Part shown: positions 10,113 through 19,996 of the stretch, piece by piece
Layout: every line of letters begins with the position of its first letter
Position numbering within the stretch: the first letter of the stretch is position 1
From: a plasmid
Reading direction: 5' to 3' (one strand)
Sequence record: NZ_CP022047.2
Length of the DNA stretch: 64,000 nucleotides
Notes under the pieces: generated by a model
Told to the model about the DNA's origin: nothing
Databases searched by the model: none
Seen by the model: only the letters and a program-made list of their open reading frames with translations
Made by a program: the position numbers and the translations under genes

Positions 10113-10898
10113 CTATATTGTCATGTCAAAAAATGATTGATTAGAAGCTCTTAATTTTTCTTTTCCAATCAATTTACCTTGGACTATTAATCGATTAGTT
10201 GCTCTTAAATCACTACACGTCACAAGCGTAATCATCTTATCTCCCATTTCATCTTGTATTATATTACCTGATTGAGGACTTACGATTTCTGTTTTTGTCG
10301 TTTTATATGTATATACATATTGTCCATCCGTAACATAAATAGATGAATTTTTAGAAACTTGATGTAAAGGTGTAAATAACAATTCAGGATTTGGCATTGT
10401 ATGTCCTGCTAATGAATAATTGCCCTTACCCATTTGTTGATTTGATTTTAATGTTCCTGCACCTAGCCATAAATTATTGTTAGAAACACCTTCTAATATA
10501 GGTAAGCGCATATTAACACTCGGTATACTAATCTGACCTCTTACATATCTTGTATTTAAAGAAACATCTTTAATATCCATTAAGCGAATAGGTTTTACAT
10601 TCCCAAAGTCATAGGTAATATTTGGGTCTTTTTGATCAGAATTTAATAAGTTATTTTCTAATTGATATTGGTATTTATCTAATACTTGTTGATTCCGTTG
10701 ATAATCGACCGATTTCATCTTTTCAACCTGTTCATATTGCTTACCGAGTTTATGAGGTGCCCAAACCTTATCTATAATTGGTTGATGAAAAACCAACAAT
10801 AAACCAATTATCAATATAATCCCTATTAATAAGCTGTAACCCCACCTTAAAAATCGATTAAAACCATAATTCATCTTTCTTTTTTGTCTTTCAGTCAT
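10113..10898 (-). CDS. Sortase (class B/C-like transpeptidase), probably dedicated to the plasmid LPXTG protein
   Basis: N-terminal TM anchor. 'ITLVTCSD' matches the TLxTC active-site signature, with an upstream 'GHTMPN' His. Confidence 0.7.
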   Translation of the reverse strand: MTERQKRKMNYGFNRFLRWGYSLLIGIILIIGLLLVFHQPIIDKVWAPHKLGKQYEQVEKMKSVDYQRNQQVLDKYQYQLENNLLNSDQKDPNITYDFGNVKPIRLMDIKDVSLNTRYVRGQISIPSVNMRLPILEGVSNNNLWLGAGTLKSNQQMGKGNYSLAGHTMPNPELLFTPLHQVSKNSSIYVTDGQYVYTYKTTKTEIVSPQSGNIIQDEMGDKMITLVTCSDLRATNRLIVQGKLIGKEKLRASNQSFFDMTI

Positions 10899-10902
10899 TG
10901 TT

Positions 10903-11343
10903 TCACGTTCCTTTCATTAATATTATTTGTAAAATGATTATTGTTCCGTTATATAGGCTATGCGTTACCATATTTGTCAAAATTGATTGCGTCTTATGAT
11001 ATAAAGCGCAATATATCAAGCCTGTACAAATTAAAGGTATAAAATTCGTACTTCCATGAATCCATCCAAATATGATGGATACTATTAAAGCCGATAGATA
11101 TATATTAGGTATCCACATTTTAAGAAAACCCCACAACCATTTTCTAAATACCAATTCTTCTATAACAGGTGCTATCAATATGCCAACACTCATTATCCAA
11201 ATATTATTTAAATATTCTTCAGTTCTAGATTTCGTAGAAGTCTTAAATTCAAATCCTAGTTTAGATTGTATGTAGCCAATACTGATTTGAACTAAAAATA
11301 AAAGAATATAAGCAATTAAGCTAAACTGTATTTTACTTTTCAT
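10903..11343 (-). CDS. CPBP/CAAX-type intramembrane protease (Abi family)
   Basis: 'VIEELVFRKWLWG' EExxxR motif and 'FGWIHG' His motif within a polytopic membrane protein. Confidence 0.65.
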   Translation of the reverse strand: MKSKIQFSLIAYILLFLVQISIGYIQSKLGFEFKTSTKSRTEEYLNNIWIMSVGILIAPVIEELVFRKWLWGFLKMWIPNIYLSALIVSIIFGWIHGSTNFIPLICTGLIYCALYHKTQSILTNMVTHSLYNGTIIILQIILMKGT

Positions 11344-11456
11344 CTCTTTCCCCCATAAAAAAACACGAGATAAATATATCTCGTGGCTTAAATATTGTTA
11401 TAATGGAAAAGTCGGTTACTCACTCCGTGCGTTTTCAACATGGAGGAGGTGAAACT

Positions 11457-11552
11457 ATGTGCACTATTATTTTTGTATCATTAATCGCTCCTATAATAAC
11501 AGGAGTAATTATTGCGTTATTTACACATTGGCTGAATAATCGCAAAAAGTAA
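11457..11552 (+). CDS. Type I toxin peptide, Fst/PepA1 (SprA1)-like, copy A
   Basis: 31-aa ORF MCTIIFVSLIAPIITGVIIALFTHWLNNRKK. It resembles S. aureus PepA1 ('IAPVISGCAIAFFSYWLSRRNTK') and pAD1 Fst. It has the SD 'ggaggaggtg' and a bidirectional terminator downstream. Confidence 0.7.
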   Translation: MCTIIFVSLIAPIITGVIIALFTHWLNNRKK

Positions 11553-11559
11553 CCGACTT

Positions 11560-11700
11560 CCAATGCCGCCTAAAAAAACCCCTCACTATTAACGGTAGTG
11601 AGGGGTTCGGTGTTTATATGTGCACTATTATTTTTGTTATATCTAATATAACACTTAGCTTAAATTTTCGCAAACACCCTACTTCTTTTTTCTCATCGCT
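11560..11700 (-). ncRNA. Candidate antitoxin antisense RNA for toxin copy A
   Basis: Minus-strand promoter TTGCGA-17-TATATT near 11655-11685. The transcript would contain 'aataatagtgcacat', complementary to the toxin start region, and end at the shared bidirectional terminator (11570-11615). Confidence 0.4.
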
Positions 11701-11768
11701 CAAAACTTGTTATAATAGAAAAGTCGGTTACTCACTCCGTGCGTTTTCAACATGGAGGAGGTGAGAAC

Positions 11769-11864
11769 ATGTTCATAACCATATTCGTATCATTAATCGC
11801 TCCTATAATAACAGGAGTAATCATTGCGATATTCACACATTGGCTGAATAATCGTAAGAAGTAA
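11769..11864 (+). CDS. Type I toxin peptide, Fst/PepA1-like, copy B (tandem duplicate)
   Basis: 31-aa ORF MFITIFVSLIAPIITGVIIAIFTHWLNNRKK. The ~310-bp unit is duplicated, including promoter, SD and terminator. Confidence 0.7.
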   Translation: MFITIFVSLIAPIITGVIIAIFTHWLNNRKK

Positions 11865-11869
11865 CCGAC

Positions 11870-11990
11870 TTCCAATGTCACCTAAAAAACCCCTCACTAT
11901 TCCAACTAGTGAGGGGTTCGGTGTGTCATGTTCATACCATATTCGTTACATATAATATAACACTTAGCTGATGTTTTCGCAAACGCCCTA
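11870..11990 (-). ncRNA. Candidate antitoxin antisense RNA for toxin copy B
   Basis: Same architecture as copy A. Carries the repeat 'tcatgttcataccatattcgtt' matching the toxin 5' end, plus a bidirectional terminator. Confidence 0.35.
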
Positions 11991-14162
11991 CTTCTTTTCG
12001 AAATCAAACACAATTTTATATTCTTCATTGAGTTTAAGTTTCGCATCAAACTTTTTACCTGCTTTACTTTTAAATCCTTTGATAACCTTACTTTTATGCG
12101 TCTCTAACAATGATTGAATGATTGTTTCTGATAGTGTTTTACCACTGATTACCCCAAACAATATATATTCACATGTCGAAGAATCACATGTATAAAAAGG
12201 CTGTCCTTTCTTAGATTTTCTTTTTAACAGGTGTCCTTGACGACATTTCGGACATTTACCAATCATTTGTGATTTTTGAAGTGATTCTAATGAAATACCT
12301 GATACGGATGTTTTGATCTGTTGATCAAAATTATTAACTTCTTCTTTCAATGACACTTTTATTTTTTCTAAAAATTTGTCTTGTACGTCTTTTTTTCCTA
12401 TTTCTGAAATGGTTTTAAGTTCATGTTCCCAATGCGCAGTCATTTCAACAGATGCTAGTTGGCTATTTTTTAATGCTTCACACAACATGTTACCTTTTTC
12501 TGTGATATACAACTTTTTCTTCCTTACTTCCATATAGCCTTTATCAATAAGACCTTTGACAATATTCCCTCTAGTAGCCGGTGTACCAATACCACTCACA
12601 TTTTTTAAATCTTTCTTCAATATTTCATCATCTAGTCCATTACTACATGTTTCCATCAATCCACCTTCACCACCAAGAGTAGCTTCTGTGAGATATACTG
12701 GGGGTTTAGTACGACCTTCTTTATTTTCTAATTTAACTTGAATTGTTTGTTTTTCTTGATATGAAGGAATGACTTGTACATCTGTTTCCTTTTCTTCCGT
12801 ATTTTGATATTGTTTCCAACCTTTATCTTTTGTAATAGTTCCTCTCGCTTTAAAAATAACATCTTGACATCTTAACGTTACCTTTGTTTCATCATAGACA
12901 AAATCTGGTTGAAACATGCCTAATGTACGTATAACAACTTCACGATAAATATTTTGTTGTGCCGAACTAAATGCCGATAAATCTTTCAATGTTGGGATTG
13001 TTTTAGTAGGTACAATGGCATAGTGTTCTAATACTTTATCACTATCAACGAAACGTTTTCTAGGCTCTAAATTTGTAAAATTCTCTTGAATATCTACAAT
13101 ATTGGCATAATCTGAAATTCGTTCCTTCAAATATTTAAACTCACTTGTTGTTATAAGATCACTATCTGTCCTCGGATAGCTTAAAAATCCCTTGTCATAT
13201 AGTGATTGCACAATTGAAAGTGTCTCATCTAATGTATATCCCCATTTTTGGTTCGCAACTTTCTGTATACCACCTAACTTAAATAGTTTTGGCGCAGGCG
13301 TTTGTTTTTCTTTTACTTCTACTTTATCAATTTGCCCAGTCATTTCATCTTTTAAGTCATGCTCTTCTTTAAATGCGTCATAAGTTTCTTTTGATTCAAA
13401 GCGTCGATCGTATTTAAATCGACATAATGGATTGGATGTCTCATCAATCGCAAATAATTCATAGAAAGGCTTTGATTCAAACGACTCAATCGCTTTATTT
13501 CTGTTATATACCATAAATAATGTTGGTGTTTGAACACGACCAACTGAAAAGACGCCAACATTTATCCCCATGTTTTGCATCGTAATTGAAGTCAATCTTG
13601 TCATATTAATACCTACAAGCCAGTCCGCAACACCTCTTGCTTGTGCCTCTAAATAGTAAGGGTACGTTTCTGCCCCAGTCTTCAATGATTGAAATGATGT
13701 TCTTAACCCTTCAGGTTCTTGTGTATTTGCCCAAAGTCTTTTGATTGTTATATCCCTATTTTTTATATTTGGAATTTGATTCATGACATATCGTGCGATA
13801 GCTTCACCTTCTCGATCTGGGTCAGTCGCAATAATGAATACATCTTGTGATGTTAATGATTCACAAAGACCTTCTATCTTATAAAACTGTTGAGAGGCAT
13901 AAGGTGATACTTTGTACTTCATTCTTTTAGGAATGAATGGTAATGTTTCTTTTTTCCACGCTTTTAATGATGAATCATAATCTTCCATATCGGCTAGTTG
14001 AATAAGATGTCCAACACACCACGTCACAATCACATCACCTTCTAAAATATTTGTTGTAACTTCAAAATAACCATCCTTCTTTTTAAATGTCCCTAAAGCT
14101 TCCGCATATTTTAAAGCTTGATTAGGTTTTTCAGCTAGTATGACGTGTTTCATTTCTATCAT
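11988..14162 (-). CDS. topB: Type IA DNA topoisomerase (topoisomerase III) of a conjugative element
   Basis: N-terminal Toprim ('MKHVILAEKPNQA...'). Central TopA core. C-terminal zinc ribbon 'CPKCRQG...CDSSTCEY'. Confidence 0.85.
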   Translation of the reverse strand: MIEMKHVILAEKPNQALKYAEALGTFKKKDGYFEVTTNILEGDVIVTWCVGHLIQLADMEDYDSSLKAWKKETLPFIPKRMKYKVSPYASQQFYKIEGLCESLTSQDVFIIATDPDREGEAIARYVMNQIPNIKNRDITIKRLWANTQEPEGLRTSFQSLKTGAETYPYYLEAQARGVADWLVGINMTRLTSITMQNMGINVGVFSVGRVQTPTLFMVYNRNKAIESFESKPFYELFAIDETSNPLCRFKYDRRFESKETYDAFKEEHDLKDEMTGQIDKVEVKEKQTPAPKLFKLGGIQKVANQKWGYTLDETLSIVQSLYDKGFLSYPRTDSDLITTSEFKYLKERISDYANIVDIQENFTNLEPRKRFVDSDKVLEHYAIVPTKTIPTLKDLSAFSSAQQNIYREVVIRTLGMFQPDFVYDETKVTLRCQDVIFKARGTITKDKGWKQYQNTEEKETDVQVIPSYQEKQTIQVKLENKEGRTKPPVYLTEATLGGEGGLMETCSNGLDDEILKKDLKNVSGIGTPATRGNIVKGLIDKGYMEVRKKKLYITEKGNMLCEALKNSQLASVEMTAHWEHELKTISEIGKKDVQDKFLEKIKVSLKEEVNNFDQQIKTSVSGISLESLQKSQMIGKCPKCRQGHLLKRKSKKGQPFYTCDSSTCEYILFGVISGKTLSETIIQSLLETHKSKVIKGFKSKAGKKFDAKLKLNEEYKIVFDFEKK

Positions 14163-14271
14163 CCTTCCATTCTAAAATTTGATTTATTATTTGTTTAATA
14201 CTTTCTTAACACGTGCTAAGATATCTTTATTTTTATTGTGTTTGAAATCAGTATGGTTAGTATTTAATTGC

Positions 14272-14886
14272 TTAGTGTTTTTTTGATTCATTTTTCTCTG
14301 ACTCCTTTACACTTTGATCATTCTTCATAATTTTTAGTTTCAATGCTTTTTTGACTGCTTCATTTTTTATATCATCGTGCAAGATAGCTTTCATGATATT
14401 CGTTTCAGTTATACAATCTAAATTTTGAAGGTGTTCCACATCTGAAATACGCATCTCATTTAACGTCTTAATAAAATCCTCGCCATCATTTATAGAATCG
14501 ATATGACGTTGACTTTTCAGTAAACGATTGTAAGGTGTATCTTTTTTTTGAGCCATATAAAAAATGAGTATTCTTGTCCATCTCACAGACAGCTTTAGAT
14601 TCATCACAATAAGTGGTACTTGAATAAACATGATAAATAGTATACTCATACTATCAAATTGTCCCATCATTTTTTCACCGACTAACCATTCATGATAGAT
14701 ATCTAAAACACCAATGGATAATATAATGAATACTAGCCAAATAATTGTCTCTAATCCCATTTTGAAATGACTGACCCAACCTCGCTCATGTTTACTTATA
14801 ACTGTTCGTACGAAATGATAAATTAAATTCAAATTTATAATGAAAGCTACAATAATCAACATTGTATACATAACATCATCTATCAT
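14272..14886 (-). CDS. Membrane protein (four TM helices in the N-terminal half)
   Basis: 204 aa. Hydrophobic helices followed by a charged C-terminal tail. Confidence 0.3.
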   Translation of the reverse strand: MIDDVMYTMLIIVAFIINLNLIYHFVRTVISKHERGWVSHFKMGLETIIWLVFIILSIGVLDIYHEWLVGEKMMGQFDSMSILFIMFIQVPLIVMNLKLSVRWTRILIFYMAQKKDTPYNRLLKSQRHIDSINDGEDFIKTLNEMRISDVEHLQNLDCITETNIMKAILHDDIKNEAVKKALKLKIMKNDQSVKESEKNESKKH

Positions 14887-16194
14887 CTAAATCCCCCTGT
14901 TCGCTTCTTGATATTTGGTTTGTTCAATTTTGCGTTCTAATTGTTCATGTTGAATTTCAGCTTGATATGTTTCAGCTTGATTATCGAGTGCACGATTTAA
15001 GCGATACATATCACGCTTAGTCACCATTTGTTTTTTGTAAGGATAGAATGTCTTATTTGTTTTAGGATCCTTAAAATATTTTGATGGGACATCTTTCTTT
15101 TGAATGTCTCGAACTTTGTCATCATCAATACGCTTAAGTTCTTTTAATAATTTATTCCCCATACGCATATTGATTTCTTTTTCTTTATGACTCTGATATT
15201 GATCGGCTTTAGAATTTTCTCCATATGCTTCTCGGTAAAAATCAGTCGTCTCTTTTACGGATTTATGATAATCTTCATACAATGCGTGATGATGATTTTT
15301 CATATATTCATTTGTGTAACGATCAATCAATGGTTGAAGATGTTTCACATTTTTATGATTATATTGCCACTTATGTTTTTCTTCAGGTAATCTTCTCACA
15401 AGTTGGATCAGTGCGACCTGTTCTTTAGCCGTCGCTTTTGTGACACCTACTTTTTCATAAAGCTCATTACGGTGTTCAGTTACTTTTTCTAAATATTTTT
15501 GGTTATCAAGTAACTGATTAGCGAATGCGGATTTCATATTAGATAACGTCGCTTCAGATCGTGAACCTTTAACTTCACCTTGATACCATTCACTCTTTAT
15601 ATACGCTCTTGTATTTTCTAACTCCGTTGTAGAAATGTGTATATGAATATTATCTGTATCATAATGAATATTCCCAACCCATCTTGTATTTTCAGGTATG
15701 AGTGCTTCATCTTTTATTAATTGTGTCATCATTTTACGTGTCGCATTTTTGATGACTGCTTCATTTAATGTATCGGTTTTAGAATCATATAAACCATGTT
15801 TTTCTAAAAAGTCATTATCAAACGAAATGATATCTTGATAATTAACAGAACCATTTTTTTCAGCTTGATCAAAATCTTGTTTCAACTTTTTAAAATCTTC
15901 AGCGTTTATGTGATCATTTAGTTCATTAAATGATCCCGTTGTACGTTTAATAATTTCTTTTTGGTTTTGATTGTCTTTCTTTCTTAAATGATTGTTGTTC
16001 ATATAATCTAAAACATAACGACTAAATCGAACTTCATGTTTGTCTGTTTGTCTGTTTGAATGAGTTGATTTTATATGTTCAAGATGTTGAGTGGTTTTAT
16101 CGTCTTCATGTTTTGATTTTTCATCATTAATATAATCGAGATACCCTGAAAATTGACTCGTTGAAAATTGTGATTTTAAAATTATGCCTGCCAT
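14887..16194 (-). CDS. Conjugative relaxase, MOB_P family
   Basis: Motif I 'FSGYLDYINDEK' with a catalytic Tyr. Motif III 'IHYDTDNIHIHIS', the HxDxDxxHxH histidine triad as in RP4 TraI. Confidence 0.75.
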   Translation of the reverse strand: MAGIILKSQFSTSQFSGYLDYINDEKSKHEDDKTTQHLEHIKSTHSNRQTDKHEVRFSRYVLDYMNNNHLRKKDNQNQKEIIKRTTGSFNELNDHINAEDFKKLKQDFDQAEKNGSVNYQDIISFDNDFLEKHGLYDSKTDTLNEAVIKNATRKMMTQLIKDEALIPENTRWVGNIHYDTDNIHIHISTTELENTRAYIKSEWYQGEVKGSRSEATLSNMKSAFANQLLDNQKYLEKVTEHRNELYEKVGVTKATAKEQVALIQLVRRLPEEKHKWQYNHKNVKHLQPLIDRYTNEYMKNHHHALYEDYHKSVKETTDFYREAYGENSKADQYQSHKEKEINMRMGNKLLKELKRIDDDKVRDIQKKDVPSKYFKDPKTNKTFYPYKKQMVTKRDMYRLNRALDNQAETYQAEIQHEQLERKIEQTKYQEANRGI

Positions 16195-16200
16195 CTATCA

Positions 16201-16581
16201 TCACACACCATATCGTTTTCGACCTTTATGAAGTTGTCTTTTTTTTATTTCATTTTCTACATCTTGTTTCGCATATTCAAAATAATCATATAGATGTTCT
16301 TCTTTTTTTACTTGTGGATCCACTAATAATTTGTTGGCTATGTTTTCAGTAAGACGTGAATGAATCGATTGAACTTTATCCATTTGTTTTAATTTTTTAT
16401 CCATTGATTCGACAATAGATAATAGATTGTCGAATGTATTCTTTTTAGAACTCTCTTCTATTTCTAACAACTTACTAATAACTTCACTTTTTGTTTTACA
16501 CCCATACTTTCTTTTTAAATTTAAAATTTGTTGATGTTCTTCGTCATTTAAATAGAATGCATAATTACGTTTTTTATTCAT
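16201..16581 (-). CDS. Hypothetical protein (relaxosome-associated?)
   Basis: 126-aa charged protein lying between the MobC-like gene and the relaxase. Confidence 0.25.
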   Translation of the reverse strand: MNKKRNYAFYLNDEEHQQILNLKRKYGCKTKSEVISKLLEIEESSKKNTFDNLLSIVESMDKKLKQMDKVQSIHSRLTENIANKLLVDPQVKKEEHLYDYFEYAKQDVENEIKKRQLHKGRKRYGV

Positions 16582-16879
16582 GATGATTCACCTCAATCTC
16601 ATCCAATGGTAAGTCCATAACCATCTCTAATTTTTCAGTAAATGATGAAACATGTTCTAGAATAAATAAAATGTTTTGGTTCGTTTCTATCAATAATTTG
16701 TCGTGTTGACTCAATCGAGTCATAAAAGCACGTTCAGTTTTTCCAAATGTTTTGTCTTCAATGTAATCTTCAAGAACTTTTTTTATCAATTCATTAATAC
16801 TAATATTTCTCGACTTAGCATCTTCTTCTAATGAAGAAAGTAAAGTTGAATTTATATTTTTGATTGTGTATGTCTTCAT
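16574..16879 (-). CDS. Hypothetical protein
   Basis: 101 aa. Its stop overlaps the next gene, indicating operon arrangement. Confidence 0.25.
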   Translation of the reverse strand: MKTYTIKNINSTLLSSLEEDAKSRNISINELIKKVLEDYIEDKTFGKTERAFMTRLSQHDKLLIETNQNILFILEHVSSFTEKLEMVMDLPLDEIEVNHHE

Positions 16880-17289
16880 TGTTTCTTCCTCGCTAATCGT
16901 TCGCGTTGTTTCTTCGCATAGATTGTTCTAACGTTTGATAATTCTGCACGATACTGTTCACGTAATGTTGGATAAACTTTGACTGAATTTAAAATTACTT
17001 CTAATTGTGAAATGGTCATTTCTTCATGAGGAAGTGTAAATGACATCTTCAAAAAACTTTCTATAAAAATATTTTTTTCTTCAAGTGATTGTTTCATTTG
17101 AATGTTTTCTTTTTCCGTTTGTATTCTTTTTTCATCATCCACCACATGAATGTCTGTCGTTGTGATTTGATTACCAAGTATCGTTGTACGAACATAATCA
17201 CTCATTTTTAATTTGGAATGTTGCGCCAGCAATCGCACACTCTCATGTTCTTGTTCACTCAAACGTACTTCAATTCTTTTTTCTTTCAT
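16876..17289 (-). CDS. MobC-like relaxosome accessory protein
   Basis: From the internal start 'MKEKRIEVRLSEQEHESVRLLAQHSKLKMSDYVRTTIL', which follows the MobC pattern RLSxxE..L...A...g.S.SdYIR. The ORF track's longer N-terminus (to 17379) is probably not translated. Confidence 0.5.
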   Translation of the reverse strand: MKEKRIEVRLSEQEHESVRLLAQHSKLKMSDYVRTTILGNQITTTDIHVVDDEKRIQTEKENIQMKQSLEEKNIFIESFLKMSFTLPHEEMTISQLEVILNSVKVYPTLREQYRAELSNVRTIYAKKQRERLARKKQ

Positions 17290-17640
17290 AGACTTTCTCT
17301 CCTTTATAATGATGTACGGCAAACGACCGTACATAAACACCGGTGATTTTCCGTACAATTCCAGCAAACCACCGTACATTTCTTACGGTAAATCACTGTA
17401 CAAAAATATGTTCAAACTATGTTCAAATCTCACTTTTTTATATTCAATTCATGTTCATTTGCGTAATTTATGGTTCCATTTTTTGAATATACTTGGCACC
17501 GCCAAGTAACCACGTTTTTCAACTTTGTTGAACATAAAGTGGTTCCATATTCCCTTATGCTCATGTACTCTATGTACATCCGCATAAACAGAAATTGATC
17601 ATTTCGTCTTGTTGCGAGCTGGGATTTCTTTTCGGTTACT
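17290..17640. promoter_or_regulatory. Candidate oriT/promoter region upstream of the mobC-relaxase operon
   Basis: Perfect inverted repeat 'ATGTACGGcaaacgaCCGTACAT' (17308-17330). Repeated 'CCGTACA' half-sites, and further 'atgtactctatgtacat' repeats near 17550. Confidence 0.35.
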
Positions 17641-17713
17641 TTTTCTTAAACCAGTAAAGAAAAAGTACATTTTTGAATTTTCTTTTGTAAGTTTTGTTGG
17701 ATAAACTTCATCA

Positions 17714-18031
17714 CTAACAATTTTTCTTTTCGTAAACTTGAATATATTTCAAACAAGCCATTCTATTTTCATGAATACAATCATACATTTTATTTTGTCG
17801 ATTTACGTTTTTCATTGTTTCATTTTCTATATCTAAACAAATTGCTTCTTTAATGAATTCGAGAATTTCAAGTTTTTCTTTTTGTTGAGCTATATTTTTT
17901 ATAAACACAAATACAAAATCTTTATAAAAATGATTAACACTTTGTATTTCATTTTGTTCGTGATTAAGTTTTAACGAATTTTTTCTAAAGTACTTCCACA
18001 TCGTTTTTAAACACCTCTTCCAAAAACTCAT
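17714..18031 (-). CDS. Hypothetical protein
   Basis: 105-aa ORF that overlaps the upstream ORF. Confidence 0.2.
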   Translation of the reverse strand: MSFWKRCLKTMWKYFRKNSLKLNHEQNEIQSVNHFYKDFVFVFIKNIAQQKEKLEILEFIKEAICLDIENETMKNVNRQNKMYDCIHENRMACLKYIQVYEKKNC

Positions 18032-18413
18032 AACATGCTTTCTCGTATGGATTTCGATAACCTACTAACTCTCTTAAAGAAATGATGGCTTTATTATAAT
18101 TTTCGTTTAGAAAATAATATTTAAATTGTCCGGCATATATATAATATGAATCTAAACTTGGATGTGATGACTTATAACCTTTAAAATATCTTGTTGTTCC
18201 ATTATCCTTTACATGATTTTGAATTATTCCAAAGGCTTTATACAAACGTTCTTTATTTTCGATTTGTAACGCTTCATGTTTATCATATGGAATTTGTTCA
18301 AGACTCAAGATAAGTGTTGGGTTATCTTTACTTAAAATTTCAATAAGTTCATCTATTTTCATTTCAAAAAATTGCCTCTGCTTATTTTCCTTCATCATTT
18401 TTGTTTTGTTCAT
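17985..18413 (-). CDS. Hypothetical protein
   Basis: 142-aa ORF in the transfer operon. Confidence 0.25.
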   Translation of the reverse strand: MNKTKMMKENKQRQFFEMKIDELIEILSKDNPTLILSLEQIPYDKHEALQIENKERLYKAFGIIQNHVKDNGTTRYFKGYKSSHPSLDSYYIYAGQFKYYFLNENYNKAIISLRELVGYRNPYEKACYEFLEEVFKNDVEVL

Positions 18414-18445
18414 TAATCATTCACCTCAACCATGGCTAAAAAATT

Positions 18446-19303
18446 TCATTGGAAATCATTTAAAACTTGTTTCACACGTTCAATATTTTCCAACAATGTT
18501 TCTTTCGCTTTAACTTTAGATGCGTAATCTTTTTTCAATCCGTTGATGTCTGCTTTATTATTTGAAATCGTTTCTTTCACTATCTCTCTTTCACTTTCAG
18601 ATAATGTAGGATCTTTTACATCTAACATACTTGTTTCTTTTTCAACTCTATCAATTCGACTTAAAATATTTTTCTGAGCTTCTTCATTCTTCTTCACTTT
18701 CTTTTCTAATCTTTCTTGAAGATAAAGATAACTATCATACATATATTCATCTTTTGTTTTTGGTGTTAATTTCCTATCGATATCTTTTTCTGAAGCACTT
18801 GTGTACTTAGCACCTTCCATTTCAACTTCATTGTTTGAAGTGTCTTGAGTATGATATTTAAAATTAATTTTAAGCGCTTTATAATCTTTTGGAACATCAT
18901 GCATTTCTACTACAAAATAATCATTCATCGTAAAATATGTTTTTGTTTCTAACGATGTCCCTTCTCCTCGTTCCATAAAACCTGCCACTTCTAAATTCTC
19001 TTTATTAACCACAACTGCTTTTTCATTTTGTGGCATTACTTTATACGTCATCACATATAAACCATTCTCCGGATTATATTTTTGTCCTGTCATTTTAATT
19101 TCAATGTCTTCTAAAGATATTGCTTCATTTTTGATTTCCTCACTATAACTTCTTGTTGGATTTGTAAAGTTCACAAACAGATACACACAAAGATAAAAAA
19201 TAATAATGGTTAAAATAATCGCAATATATATCGCTGATTGATTTTGTTTAAAATACGTTTTTACTTTTTTCAATGTCAATCTCCTTTCAAAAAATCCTCT
19301 CAT
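18446..19303 (-). CDS. Bitopic membrane protein, possible VirB8-like T4SS component
   Basis: Single N-terminal TM helix followed by a ~230-aa extracytoplasmic domain. It sits next to the VirB1 and VirB4 genes. Confidence 0.3.
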   Translation of the reverse strand: MRGFFERRLTLKKVKTYFKQNQSAIYIAIILTIIIFYLCVYLFVNFTNPTRSYSEEIKNEAISLEDIEIKMTGQKYNPENGLYVMTYKVMPQNEKAVVVNKENLEVAGFMERGEGTSLETKTYFTMNDYFVVEMHDVPKDYKALKINFKYHTQDTSNNEVEMEGAKYTSASEKDIDRKLTPKTKDEYMYDSYLYLQERLEKKVKKNEEAQKNILSRIDRVEKETSMLDVKDPTLSESEREIVKETISNNKADINGLKKDYASKVKAKETLLENIERVKQVLNDFQ

Positions 19304-19339
19304 AAGTTTGAACTCATGAGAGGGTTAAGTCATTTGTCT

Positions 19340-19969
19340 TTATTCTTTTTCAGTTTCTAAATCTTCGAATGGTGTCTGTCCTTTAATATCAAATTGGTCA
19401 ATTAACCATTTACCATCTTCTTTTTTATATGTGATTTCTATTGTCATTTGTTCTTCCGTATCTTCAGTACTACCTACTTCTTTACTTGCACCTACGAATC
19501 GATTAAATGTCGCAAGTCCTTTCATTGTTTCTTGATCGTCTTGTCGCGTATTCAAATAAATTTGAATACCTGTTACGTTTGTTTCGTAATTATAATTATA
19601 TTGAGGTTTATCTGCTGAAAAATATTTAGACATAAAATCTTGTGTACTTACCTTGGACAAACTTTCTTTCACGACCGGGTAGTTACTATCATTTTGAACA
19701 TTAAACATTTTATTAATGAATGTTGTTGTATCTGACTCTAATTGTGTATCTACCACATTTTGATTTAAATCTTTTTCATCTTGCTTTTTAATTTTTTCTT
19801 CTTCATTTGTTCTTGTTTCAATTAAGTCTTGTTGTTTATTCTCTTCATATTCTTTAACTTTATGTTTTAAATCTGTATTCTCATTTTTGATATTCATCAT
19901 AAATAATCCCATAATGAGTAATACACCGAGCCCGATTAATATCGAAAAACCTTTTTGTTTTTGTGTCAT
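19340..19969 (-). CDS. Bitopic membrane protein of the T4SS cluster
   Basis: N-terminal TM helix, coiled-coil region, then a C-terminal domain. Confidence 0.25.
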   Translation of the reverse strand: MTQKQKGFSILIGLGVLLIMGLFMMNIKNENTDLKHKVKEYEENKQQDLIETRTNEEEKIKKQDEKDLNQNVVDTQLESDTTTFINKMFNVQNDSNYPVVKESLSKVSTQDFMSKYFSADKPQYNYNYETNVTGIQIYLNTRQDDQETMKGLATFNRFVGASKEVGSTEDTEEQMTIEITYKKEDGKWLIDQFDIKGQTPFEDLETEKE

Positions 19970-19996
19970 CTTGAAAACCTGCTTTCAAAAAATTTT

